Of a stretch of 64,000 nt of DNA, positions 54,274 through 64,000 are shown in pieces. A program made the position numbers and the translations under genes. The notes under the pieces were generated by a model. That model had not been told where the DNA came from. It searched no databases and was given only the letters and a program-made list of their open reading frames with translations. Every line of letters starts with the position of its first letter. Positions within the stretch are counted from its first letter, which is position 1. The stretch comes from Octopus vulgaris (taxonomy: Eukaryota): contig OX597814.1 of the NCBI GenBank assembly GCA_951406725.2, forward strand, positions 185,938,001 to 186,002,000. The letters run 5' to 3'.

Positions 54274-54999
54274 TGTAAACAGAGTTAGTGGTTATAATAA
54301 CCAACTAAGGGATAAAATATCCGTATATACTATTGGTATCTGTTACCCATGTTATCCCTGGGCATTGGTGAGCAGGTACTCTGCATGTAGAGTGCAGGTA
54401 ACAACAGAATAAACAAGAGTTTATCAGGAAACAAATACAAATAATACTAGATAGTATTCCCTAGATCACTACTAGCTCACTTTTTTACCTACAGATCTTG
54501 TAGCCCCTAGATGGTAGATTATATGCTTTTAACATATTGGGTTTCTTAGACTTTTTCCTAGGCCATGTTTTCTTTCCTTTTCCTTGTATCCTTTGTTTAT
54601 TTTGTATACTCTTGTTTTTTACTCTGCCGAAGCTCTGTGCCTTAATTTGAATATCCTATGAAAATGAAGAACTTTATTCTTGCATTTTGGCAACAGATTG
54701 GAAAAGACCGTAAGATATATTTCATCACCTATTTGCTATGTCATGCTTTGTATTTAAAAAATAAGCTATAAATTCAGTCAAATTGATGTGTTTGTTAATA
54801 TGAGATTTTCCTGTTGTTAAATGCTCAAAATACAAGAGTTAGAAAAACAGCCAACAACTGATGAAGGATCGTTCTTTATGTTGTTTGTCTTGTTTTCCTT
54901 TTGTGTCTTTCATTGTTCGAAAAAATAGTTCATAGTCCATGTACTCATACTTAGTATTTTTCTTGTTGTACACGTTTCATGATGTCCTGTGTCCACATA

Positions 55000-55030
<31 letters not shown>

Positions 55031-55122
55031 CTATACAATATGTTACATTACTCGGTAGTCAAGATAAAACTCTGAGTTTCAGATGCCGAAGTGGAAATCC
55101 ACAACACCATCTCTTAAATTAG

Positions 55123-56760
55123 ATAAAAAAAATAGAAACCCTCCCCCAAAAAGAGGCCTTTATTACTATTAAAGATCACAAAGAAAACTTCCTTTCCAAC
55201 CCTAAATGTAGGCTTATCAACCCAGCCAAGTCAGAACTAGGGATTATTAGCAAAGAAATTTTAGATAAAATAAATTCGAAAATTAAGACCGATACTAGGC
55301 TAGTGCAATGGTCCAATAGTATAGAAGTCGTAGACTGGTTTAAAGCTATTAAGAATAAGAAAAAAGCGAGGTTTACACAATTCGATATTGTTGATTTTTA
55401 TGCCTCTATCTCTAAAGAACTGCTAGATAAAGCCCTAATCTTCGCTAGTGACTTCATAGAAATTAGTACCAATGATAAGGATATAATCTTCCATGCTAGA
55501 AAGACATTACTTTTCAGTGAGAATGCAAAGTGGGTAAAAAACACCGACACGGAGGGCGCTTTCGATGTGAGCATGGGTTCATATGATGGGGCAGGCATCT
55601 GTGATCTAATTGGACTCTTTCTCCTAGATACCTTCGGTAAGACATTCCCTAACGTACATTTCGCCATCTACAAAGATGATGCCCTCGCCTTAACAGCTAA
55701 TACAAATGGACCAGCACAAGATCGTTTTAGGAAGGATATTATCCAGTTAATGAAACACTTCGGACTTAGTATAACTATAGACACTAACCTGACGGTTGTC
55801 AATTTCTTAGACGTTTCCTTAGATCTTAATAATAATATTTATAAGCCTTATAGGAAGCCCAATGATAGACTAAGTTATATTAATGTAGGTTCATGCCATC
55901 CCCCTATAGTATTCAAAAATTTAGTTAAAAATATTAGTAAGAGGATTTCTAGCCTCTCATCTAATGAGGACATCTTCAATAGCGTTGCCCCAGTTTATAA
56001 TAAAGCTTTAAAAGATAGTGGTTTTAGCGAAAAAATAAAATATACACCTATCACCAGCCCAACAGTAAGGAAAAGGAATAATAGAAATAGGAAGGTCATC
56101 TGGTTTACGCCCCCTTACTCACCCGAGGTGGCCTTCAATATAGGTAAATATTTCCTAGCACTGATAGATAGACATTTTCCAGTTAACCATGCTTATAGGA
56201 AACTCTTCAATAGACACAATTTAAAAATTAGTTTTAGTTCAACTACCAATTTTAAAAACATAATCAATCATAACATACAAAAAACACAAGAAGAAAACAG
56301 CTGTTCATGCAGGAATAAAGAATTGTGCCCGCTAAATGGAGCTTGCATGTCCAAGACCATCATATATGAAGCTACCGTAAACTCTATAACCACTAAAGAC
56401 ACCGTTTCAACGAAGAAATACGTGGGCCTGACAGAGGGTAATTTCAAGGCCAGGTTCAATAACCACACTTTGAGCTTTAGGCACTGGAACAAAAGAAAAG
56501 CGACACAATTATCCAATCATATTTGGTCTTTAAGAGATAAAGGTGTCGATTATAACATACAATGGAAGATTTTGGCCAGATGTAAGCCCTACACTAACGG
56601 CAGCGGAAGGTGCGGTTTATGCGACATGGAGAGATGGCTTATCTGGAAAAGCAGCTTAGACCCTACCACATGTCTAAATACAAGGACAGAGCTTTTCGGA
56701 TCATGCCCACATGTGACTAAATTTCTGTTACGTTTTTGGTCCCCTAAAGAAAACGGATAG
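55123..56760 (+). CDS. PLE reverse transcriptase + C-terminal GIY-YIG-like endonuclease (frame open from 55123; N-terminus missing)
   Basis: AFITIKDHKENF..NPKCRLINPAKSELG; QFDIVDFY; SMGSYDGA; IYKDDAL; VNFLDV; CSCRNKELC; IIYEA...YVGLTEGNFKARFNNH; RCGLC. Confidence 0.93.
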   Translation: MKKIETLPQKEAFITIKDHKENFLSNPKCRLINPAKSELGIISKEILDKINSKIKTDTRLVQWSNSIEVVDWFKAIKNKKKARFTQFDIVDFYASISKELLDKALIFASDFIEISTNDKDIIFHARKTLLFSENAKWVKNTDTEGAFDVSMGSYDGAGICDLIGLFLLDTFGKTFPNVHFAIYKDDALALTANTNGPAQDRFRKDIIQLMKHFGLSITIDTNLTVVNFLDVSLDLNNNIYKPYRKPNDRLSYINVGSCHPPIVFKNLVKNISKRISSLSSNEDIFNSVAPVYNKALKDSGFSEKIKYTPITSPTVRKRNNRNRKVIWFTPPYSPEVAFNIGKYFLALIDRHFPVNHAYRKLFNRHNLKISFSSTTNFKNIINHNIQKTQEENSCSCRNKELCPLNGACMSKTIIYEATVNSITTKDTVSTKKYVGLTEGNFKARFNNHTLSFRHWNKRKATQLSNHIWSLRDKGVDYNIQWKILARCKPYTNGSGRCGLCDMERWLIWKSSLDPTTCLNTRTELFGSCPHVTKFLLRFWSPKENG

Positions 56761-56944
56761 AACATGCTTTCTGTGTTATGTCCCAAGAAGATTTTATATA
56801 TTTTTATATATTTTTATGCATTTTTATATAATTTTTATGACGAAAAATGCGAGCGATGTATAAGTACGCAGGCAAAGCAGAGTTATAACAGAGTAATTTC
56901 CCTTCATTTTTAACGGTATTTTTTCATAACGTTTTCAAATAGCC

Positions 56945-57007
56945 AGATAACCGAAGAGATGGTGTTGTGGATTTCCACTTCGGCATCTGAAACTCAGAGT
57001 TTTATCT
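56945..57007 (+). ncRNA. Hammerhead-like motif in the PLE 3' pLTR (CCGAAGA core variant)
   Basis: AGATAA-CCGAAGA-GATG...CATC-T-GAAAC-TCAGA-GTT-TTATCT: 6-bp stem I and an extended stem II (GTGG/CCAC). Confidence 0.72.
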
Positions 57008-57103
57008 TGACTACCGAGTAATGTAACATATTGTATAGATAAATTTCCTCTATTTACATAATATTGAGGTCTCTTTCTTTCTTTTGTTATCTTACCGTTT
57101 TAT

Positions 57104-57175
<72 letters not shown>

Positions 57176-57234
57176 ATATGTGTGTGTGTGTGTGTATGTA
57201 TAGATGTAAGTATGTACATGTACGTATGTATATA

Positions 57235-57279
<45 letters not shown>

Positions 57280-57283
<4 letters not shown>

Positions 57284-57402
57284 ATATGTACAATTACTCA
57301 ATAGTCAAGATAAAACTCTGAGTTTCAGATGCCAAAGTGGAAATCCACAACACCATCTCTTCGGTTATCTGGCCATCTGAAAAAACGCTATTAAAAAATA
57401 CC
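57280..57402 (-). mobile_element. Additional inverted pLTR copy with a complete HHR-like motif (57308-57370)
   Basis: Reverse complement of about 56915-57032 with a few substitutions. Between (TA)n tracts. Confidence 0.85.
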
Positions 57403-57505
57403 ATTATATATATATATATTATTTATTTTATTATATGATTGAATGCCATGCATCCTCTTTCAAGTAAGTTTTATATATATGTAAGTATGTATGTATGTAT
57501 ATATG

Positions 57506-58033
57506 TCAGGTGACTTTTGAGTGCTACTGGTAACATGTAACCCAGTGCAACTTGTTGCATGGCCAGGTCGTCGGCAACTAAACTGGCAACCCCACCAAGC
57601 TTGCTTGGTGAGGAGGGTGTTTATTGGACACCCTACGGGATAAAAAACAAAATCCGTCAAAGGGCGGAGGAACTCTTGAGAGTCAACGGCCATCCAATAA
57701 ATGTCTTAAGGCTGCATCAAGCGTGGGGACATAGAAATAATTGGACTGAATACCCGATTGTGCGGTTAAACCATTGGGAGTGAAGGACTCCTAGCCTTTG
57801 TTAGGGCATCCTTCTAGGAGAAGGTAACTCAGGTAACTGGGATAACTCCTACGTAAAACATGCAGCTCAGTAGTTACCAATGATGTTGACTTGTTCTTCT
57901 TTTCGGATTATGGCTGCTGTTGCTTAGTGAATGCACTTTAAAAAACAAATCTTCTTGCACAGGCATTGCACGATAACAACATTGATTAAGCTTCATGCAA
58001 TGGCCATACTCAATAACGAGGAGGCAGCCACCA
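57506..58033 (+). mobile_element. Internally deleted RTE-derived element (5' UTR-like part + 3' tail)
   Basis: GGCAACTAAACTGGCAACCCCACC and GGGCATCCTTCTAGGAGAAGGTAACTC resemble RTE 5' UTR motifs. 3' tail shared with 21548-21590. Confidence 0.55.
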
Positions 58034-58788
58034 TGTATGTATATAGGGACAAGCATGATAGTTTGATTAAGAATCTGGTTTTATAGCTAAATTATTTTAA
58101 GTTCAGCCTCATTATTTGGCTCTTTGAACAGGTACCTTGTACAATAGTTCTGACCAACCAATGCTTTCTGAGTAAACTTCAGAATGGAAACTAGACACTC
58201 ATCATATGCTTTGGTTGGCCTGAGGCTATAAGTTGCCCAAAGTGCCACGCAGTAGGACTGAACCCTGAACCAAGTGTTTGGGAAGCAAGCTTCTTACCAC
58301 AATGATCGAGTAAACCCTTCAAAATGGTGCTCCAGCATGGCTACAGTCTAATGACTGAAACAATAAAAGATTAATAAATACATATGTAGTATATCTTATA
58401 CAAAGAAAGCATATGTTACATATCTGACGATGATGATGATATATCTATATATATATATACACATATATATATACAAATGATAAACTGATAAACACACAAA
58501 CACTTATATATATATATGTGCATATATATATATATATAAAACTATATATATATTTACACATATATATATATATATATATATTCACTTGTGTATGTTATAT
58601 ATGTTTGTTATATTCATATAACACTCACACATACATAGAAGAGTCCACATATATATATCTTGCTATATCTCTATGGAAATGAATACATCTGCTATACACC
58701 GTTTTACCTCATCACTGTCTCCATGATTCTCTCCAAAGCTTTCAAATCCTATACCTATACTTATTGCATTCTCACCTTTCTGTCAGTT

Positions 58789-58802
58789 GTTTCTATGGCA
58801 AC
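58789..58802. promoter_or_regulatory. RFX X-box consensus match in non-repetitive DNA
   Basis: GTTTCTATGGCAAC fits GTHNYY-AT-RRNAAC. Confidence 0.4.
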
Positions 58803-59706
58803 AACTCTCAGATATCTCGTCAAGTTGGAACCATCAATATGTTGCCGTTCTTTCATTCCATTGCAAATATTTTCTGAAAAATCACAAGCACCATATCTTC
58901 GTTCTGATTCATGTTGATTACCGATTTTGGGAGGAAAAGAAAAAAAAATTTTTTTTCCATTCTTTTCTTTTATTTGATCATTTTTTTTTTTTAACTCATT
59001 TCTTTCTAGAAATTCCATATTTTGACATAAAATGTGAAAGGACAATATCTGTTTCCTGTTGGAGAGCTTATGAAATATATGCTAATGCTTGTTTTCATGA
59101 TAACATCAAATCACAGTGTTTTGTTCTTTTTATTTTTCACTTTGTCATAGTTTCCTGATCTGGGTTTTTCATTCAGTTTTTTTTTTTTTTTCACTTATTT
59201 ACAATGGAAGGAGGATGGAATCGGTAAAACATCAGACAAAATACCTTGTAATACTTAGTACCATCCCTTTATGTATGGAATTCAAATCCTTCTGTGATAA
59301 ATTCTCAGTTGTTTCTGATCTTCACAAAACAAATAACGAACCAAGTACTGTGCTTGATGTAATCAACTGTTCTTTTCCCACCATTAAAATCTGTGGCCTT
59401 GTGTCTCAGGAATCAATGTTATTGAAGGCCCAAAGTGCTATACTTGATTGAAACATTAACCCTTTACCATTCAGCCTACTTTGCCAAATGTAATGCTTAT
59501 TTATACATATTGTTTTGAATTAATTATGCATTATCTTGTAGCTATAAGGTTTTGATTATGTGATGGCTTATTTTTAGAATAACATTATAATGTCATGGTG
59601 GGACACTGAATCTTGCTGGTTTGTACTTAAAACAGTAGAATATTTGGGTTGGATATGACCAGTTTAAATGCTAAAGGAGTGAGGTTAGAATGAAGGCTTT
59701 TACAAT

Positions 59707-60965
59707 TATATTTTAATGGCCCTAGAAAAATAAAAGACTAATTTAACCTGGGTGGAATTTGAACTTGGAATAAAGAATGAAACTAAATATCATAAAACAT
59801 ATTCGAGTGCTCCACAATCTTTGTCAACTGGCCACCCTATTTTAGGACTGTAAAACATAAAATTGATTTCATATGACAAGGTACATGACAGCTAACCTAT
59901 TATATGAAAGGTGGTATAACAGTCATAGGTGATATAACTGCTATTACAACCACTTTGGAATCAGCATTATCATTTGACATCTTTTCTATGCTTGGAATTT
60001 ATTGAAGTGGATCTTATACGGCTGGGTGCACTTCCTGTTGCCAACCTTCACCTGTTTACAAATATTGTCTAATTACCAGACATGGCTGTGTAGTTAAGAA
60101 GCTTACTTTCCAGCCATGTAGTTTTGGGTTCAGTCCCACTGCACAGCACCTTGAGAAAGTGTCTCCTACTATAGCCTCAGGCTGACCAAAGCACCAGAGC
60201 CTTGTGAATGGATTTGGTACTGGAAGACGTCCGTTGTATATGAGTGTGTGTATGTGCAGCATGTGTGTGTGTGTCGTGTTGGGGCTTTCATCCCCGTAAC
60301 TTAGTGATTCAGCAAAAGAAACTGATAGAATAAGTTCCAGGCTTAGCAAAATAACAAAAAAATTAGTACTGGGGGTCAATTCACTTGACTAAAAAAACAT
60401 TCTTCAAGACGGTGTCCCAGCATGGCCACAGTCTAATGACTGAAACAAGTAAAAGATAAAAAGTGTGTGAGTGTGTGCACATGCGTGTGGTGTGCATGCT
60501 CTTGTCATATGGTGGTTGTAAATGAGCATTGTTGACATGCAAATGATATTGTTCACTTTCTGTATGTCATGGAAAAACATGTTTGGCAATGGAAAACATT
60601 ACCATAATTATAAACAGGTGAAGGTTAGCAACAGGAAGTGCACCCAGCCATATAAGATCCACTTCAATAAATTCCAAGCATAGAAAAGATGTCAAATGAT
60701 AATGCTGATTCCAAAGTGGTTGTAATAGCAGTTATATCACCTATAACTGTTATATTACCTTTCATATAATAGCTTAGCTGTCATGTACCTTGTTATATGA
60801 AATCAATTTAATGTTTTACAATCCTAAAATAGGGTGGCCAGTTGACAAAGATTGTGGAGCACTTGACTATGTTTTATGACGTTTAGTTTCATGCATCTTT
60901 ATTCCAAGTTCAAATTCCACCCAGGTTAAATTTATCTTTTATTTTTCTAGGGCCATTAAAATATA
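59707..60965. repeat. ~350-bp inverted duplication (59707-60058 / 60611-60965) around a SINE-containing spacer
   Basis: Arms align base by base in reverse complement with scattered mismatches. Confidence 0.92.
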
Positions 60966-61970
60966 TACATTGATTACCTGTAAGTTGCTTTGATCACTTA
61001 TGTTGCTTCCTCAATAAAAAATACCAGTAGTAAGGAATTCGTGATATTCCAAGACAGTAAGGTGGCAAACTGGGGAAAATCATTAGCACATTGGACGAAA
61101 TGCTTAGAGTCATTTCTTCCAGCTTTTTACATTCTTATTCCAAATTTTGCCACAGTCAACTTTGCCTTTCATCCTTCTGGAATCGATGAAATAAATTCTC
61201 GTTGAACACTGGGGCTGGTGTAATCAACTTATGCCTTGTTAAAATAGTTGGCTGGCCTTGTGCCAAAAAAATTTGATATAAATATTCCAAGAGAGTGAAA
61301 TTGACTGGAAACTGAACTGCCAGGCATTTTTAGTCTAATTTCTTTCTGTCTAATTTAGTCTAATTTTTAGTCTAATTTCTTTCTATTCAGAAATTTTGAA
61401 TCCTGTCAAAGTAGACTTTGTTTTTGTTTCATTTAAGTATCAGCTGTTATTGCTGTTTAGCTCCACATCAATTTTGATCAAGAAGACCTTTCACCAATGA
61501 TGTTCCAGCAGTGAGCATCCCATTTTTTTTCATCCTTTTATACTATCTACTGAGCTCTTCCTTTTTAAAGATTCAAGCATGTAATCTTAGGAATATTTGA
61601 TTGCTGTATTAGCAGGTTGTACAATTACATCAAGATCCTCATACTAACCGATGGACACTCCTAATCAGAGACAACAGATGTGGGTTCCTCAACATTTTGC
61701 TGAACAATCAGCAGAGATGGTTTGTACATAATGATCAAACGTTTGTGCTATGCATCAGCTCATTTTCTCCATCAAATCCACATTGCCTAAGCAATGAAGT
61801 GATTGCAAAGCAATATGAAATGAAGTGTCTTGCTCAAGAGCACAAAGCACCATCCAGTTCAGGAATCATAACCACAATCTTGCTATCATGAGTGCAGAAT
61901 CCTAACCACTAAACTCTGCATCCACTTCTCTTACAGACTGCATACCAGTTATATATATGGTTCATTTTAA

Positions 61971-62190
61971 CCCTTTTGTTACCAACCTGGCTGAAACCGG
62001 CTCTGGTTCTGAGTACAAATGTCTTGTTTTCATAAGTTTTGAATTAAAATCTTCCACCAAACCTTAGTCACAATTTATGTTCCTAACACTAGCTGAATGA
62101 TGACTAAGTTATTTTACTAAATTCTTAGTTATATTTAAAGTAATTGAAAGAAACACAGAGCATCTCAAAATAAATGCAGTAACAAAAGGC
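61971..62190. mobile_element. piggyBac-like MITE
   Basis: TTAA|CCCTTTTGTTAC...GTAACAAAAGGC|TTAA. Confidence 0.85.
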
Positions 62191-62498
62191 TTAAATAATT
62201 ATACTCTGTGTCTACATATGTGAACTCAATATCATACACAGTCAAGTAGGGTGCTGAACTGGCAGAATCGTTGGCACACAAAGCAAAATGTTTTGCAGCA
62301 TTTATTCTGGTTTTACATTCTGAGTTCAAATTCTGCTGAGGTCACCTTCACCTTTCAACATTTTGGGGTTGAAAAATAAGTAGTAGTTGAGCACTGGGGT
62401 CAATGTAATTGACTTACCCCTTTTCTACTAATTACTAACCTGGTACCAAAACTTGAAACCAATACTATACAGAGACAAGAGCTGTAAGTTAGGAGAGT

Positions 62499-62818
62499 TT
62501 ATTTTATTTATTTATGCGCCCTTTTCAAGCCTAGTCAGGTTCATGGGCCCAGTTTCCCGGTTTCTATGGCATATGTGTTCCCCCCAGCTGGACAGGACAC
62601 CAATCCATTGCAGCATTACTCAAGAAACAGGAAGAAAGAGTGAGAGAAAGTTGGGTCGAAAGAGTACAACAAGGGTCGCCACAACCCCCTGCCGGAGCCT
62701 TGTGGGGCTTTAGGTGTTTTCGCTCAATAAACACACACAACGCCCAGTCTGGGAATCGAAACCACGATCCTCTGACAGCGAATCAACTGCCCTAACCACT
62801 GGGCCATTGCGCCTCCAC
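62499..62818 (-). mobile_element. tRNA-derived SINE (family E) with 13-bp TSD
   Basis: Minus-strand head GTGGAGGCGCAATGGCCCAGTGGTTAG...GGTTTCGATTCCC, A-rich tail. TSD AAGTTAGGAGAGT at 62486-62498 and 62819-62831. Confidence 0.85.
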
Positions 62819-64000
62819 AAGTTAGGAGAGTAGGTGAGTTAAATTCTTAGAGATTTTAGTCTCATTTCTCTACGTCTAAATTTGAATCCTATCATGAATT
62901 TTTTTTTAACCATTTTTTTTGTAATATTAAGTAAAAAATGAGCTGAATGCAAACAGCTATTTAGTTTAGGAATTTACAACACAGTACTAAACAAGACTTT
63001 CATAAAATATTCTATGCTGCTTCAAAACCTACAAAAAAATGTTGGGCAGACAAATTGATATAACGAGAAAAAAAAAACAGCAAAGCGACACAGAGAGAAT
63101 AGATGTATGAGTTTAAACTTACATGCTCTATGATGTAAAGGATCTGTTCAAAATAAAGGCCAGAATAAGGAGGAATATATCTTTTATATAACAAATAATA
63201 TGCATGAGCATGCATCTGATAATTTGTCATCCTGAAGGGAAAAGTAACATAAATAATGATATTCAACCAAATAGGTAACAACTTATGTCAGTATTTTCTT
63301 ATAGCTGCAGGGATGGGTATTTATGTTGTTATTTTTCGTGTATTTTCAAACCCAAAGTATATTGATTTCAGATAATCCAAGTTAGAATTTTTTTTTTTAA
63401 ATATACAGAGGAAATTAAACAGTGTTCCCACATTTGATAAATAAATTATATCTACTTGTACCTTCAAATTACAGATTTATTGTTATTAATACTGACACAG
63501 CACCGAATACCGTTTTATTTTTTTAATTTGCTTCTGTCAAATTACAGGCAATGATGTATATGTGAATTCTTCCCCAAGCCTTCTTATGACAGTTTTTCTT
63601 TTTTAACCCTTTCCCAAGGAGGAGGATAATTTTTTAATCCTTTGTGGCATGGGTGAATATTTTTCAATAAATTTGCATTCCAGTACTGTTCTGTGGTGTG
63701 TTTACATATGACAGCCCACATTCAAAAGCAAACTGACAAATGCTTGTAGCTTTCAGGCATCAGAAGAGGCAGGGTTTCATTATCACAGATCTATGTAATA
63801 CTCTAATCTGCTACAGTTACAACAGCCACCCTTCATATCCAAGATCCATTATCTTCATTGCTTGATGAGACACCACACACACTGAAACTTTATAGTGCTG
63901 ATGGGGATGCTGTGCATTTCTCAGCATCATTATTTTTGCTGTGCAGATGATAGGGTCCAGTAGCAAGAGAGACCCAAGATGACTGATACATCCTCTCAGT

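Larger units (their letters stand above)
55029..57105 (+). mobile_element. Penelope-like retroelement, 5'-truncated, with inverted partial pLTR, in (TA)n
   Basis: 55029-55115 is the reverse complement of 56954-57040 (87 bp). RT-EN ORF lies between them. (TA)n on both flanks. Confidence 0.93.

Noticed and set aside
4580-54304. Many 60-190 aa ORFs rich in YI, CV, HT, poly-D/N/M/I
   Set aside because: They are translations of di-, tri- and tetranucleotide microsatellites.
55398-56786. Minus-strand ORFs overlapping the PLE ORF
   Set aside because: Antisense shadows with no recognisable domain.
63817-63950. Short open frame VTTATLHIQDPL...LCR near the window end
   Set aside because: No recognisable motif and weak splice context.

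Overview
AT-rich, repeat-saturated metazoan DNA. The SINE, RTE and microsatellite repertoire suggests an octopod cephalopod (inference). I found no recognisable host protein-coding gene; most track ORFs are microsatellite artefacts. The window is a nested pile of mobile DNA. It holds a 5'-truncated but open Penelope-like element (PLE; RT + GIY-YIG, 55.0-57.1 kb) and a second PLE remnant (12.1-14.9 kb). It also holds RTE, R4-like and Tc1 relics, a Helitron, hAT/piggyBac/Tc1-type MITEs and dozens of SINEs. The main signal is a set of about ten hammerhead-ribozyme (HHR)-like motifs from several unrelated sequence families. Most sit in fold-back or palindromic elements embedded in (TA)n tracts, including a 383-bp near-perfect palindrome with a minimal HHR on each strand (25067-25449). 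Minimal HHRs in PLE pseudo-LTRs are known. The ORF-less, hairpin-shaped, (TA)n-embedded derivatives, whose inversion junctions often fall at the ribozyme, are the candidate under-described system. All alignments and folds were done by eye.
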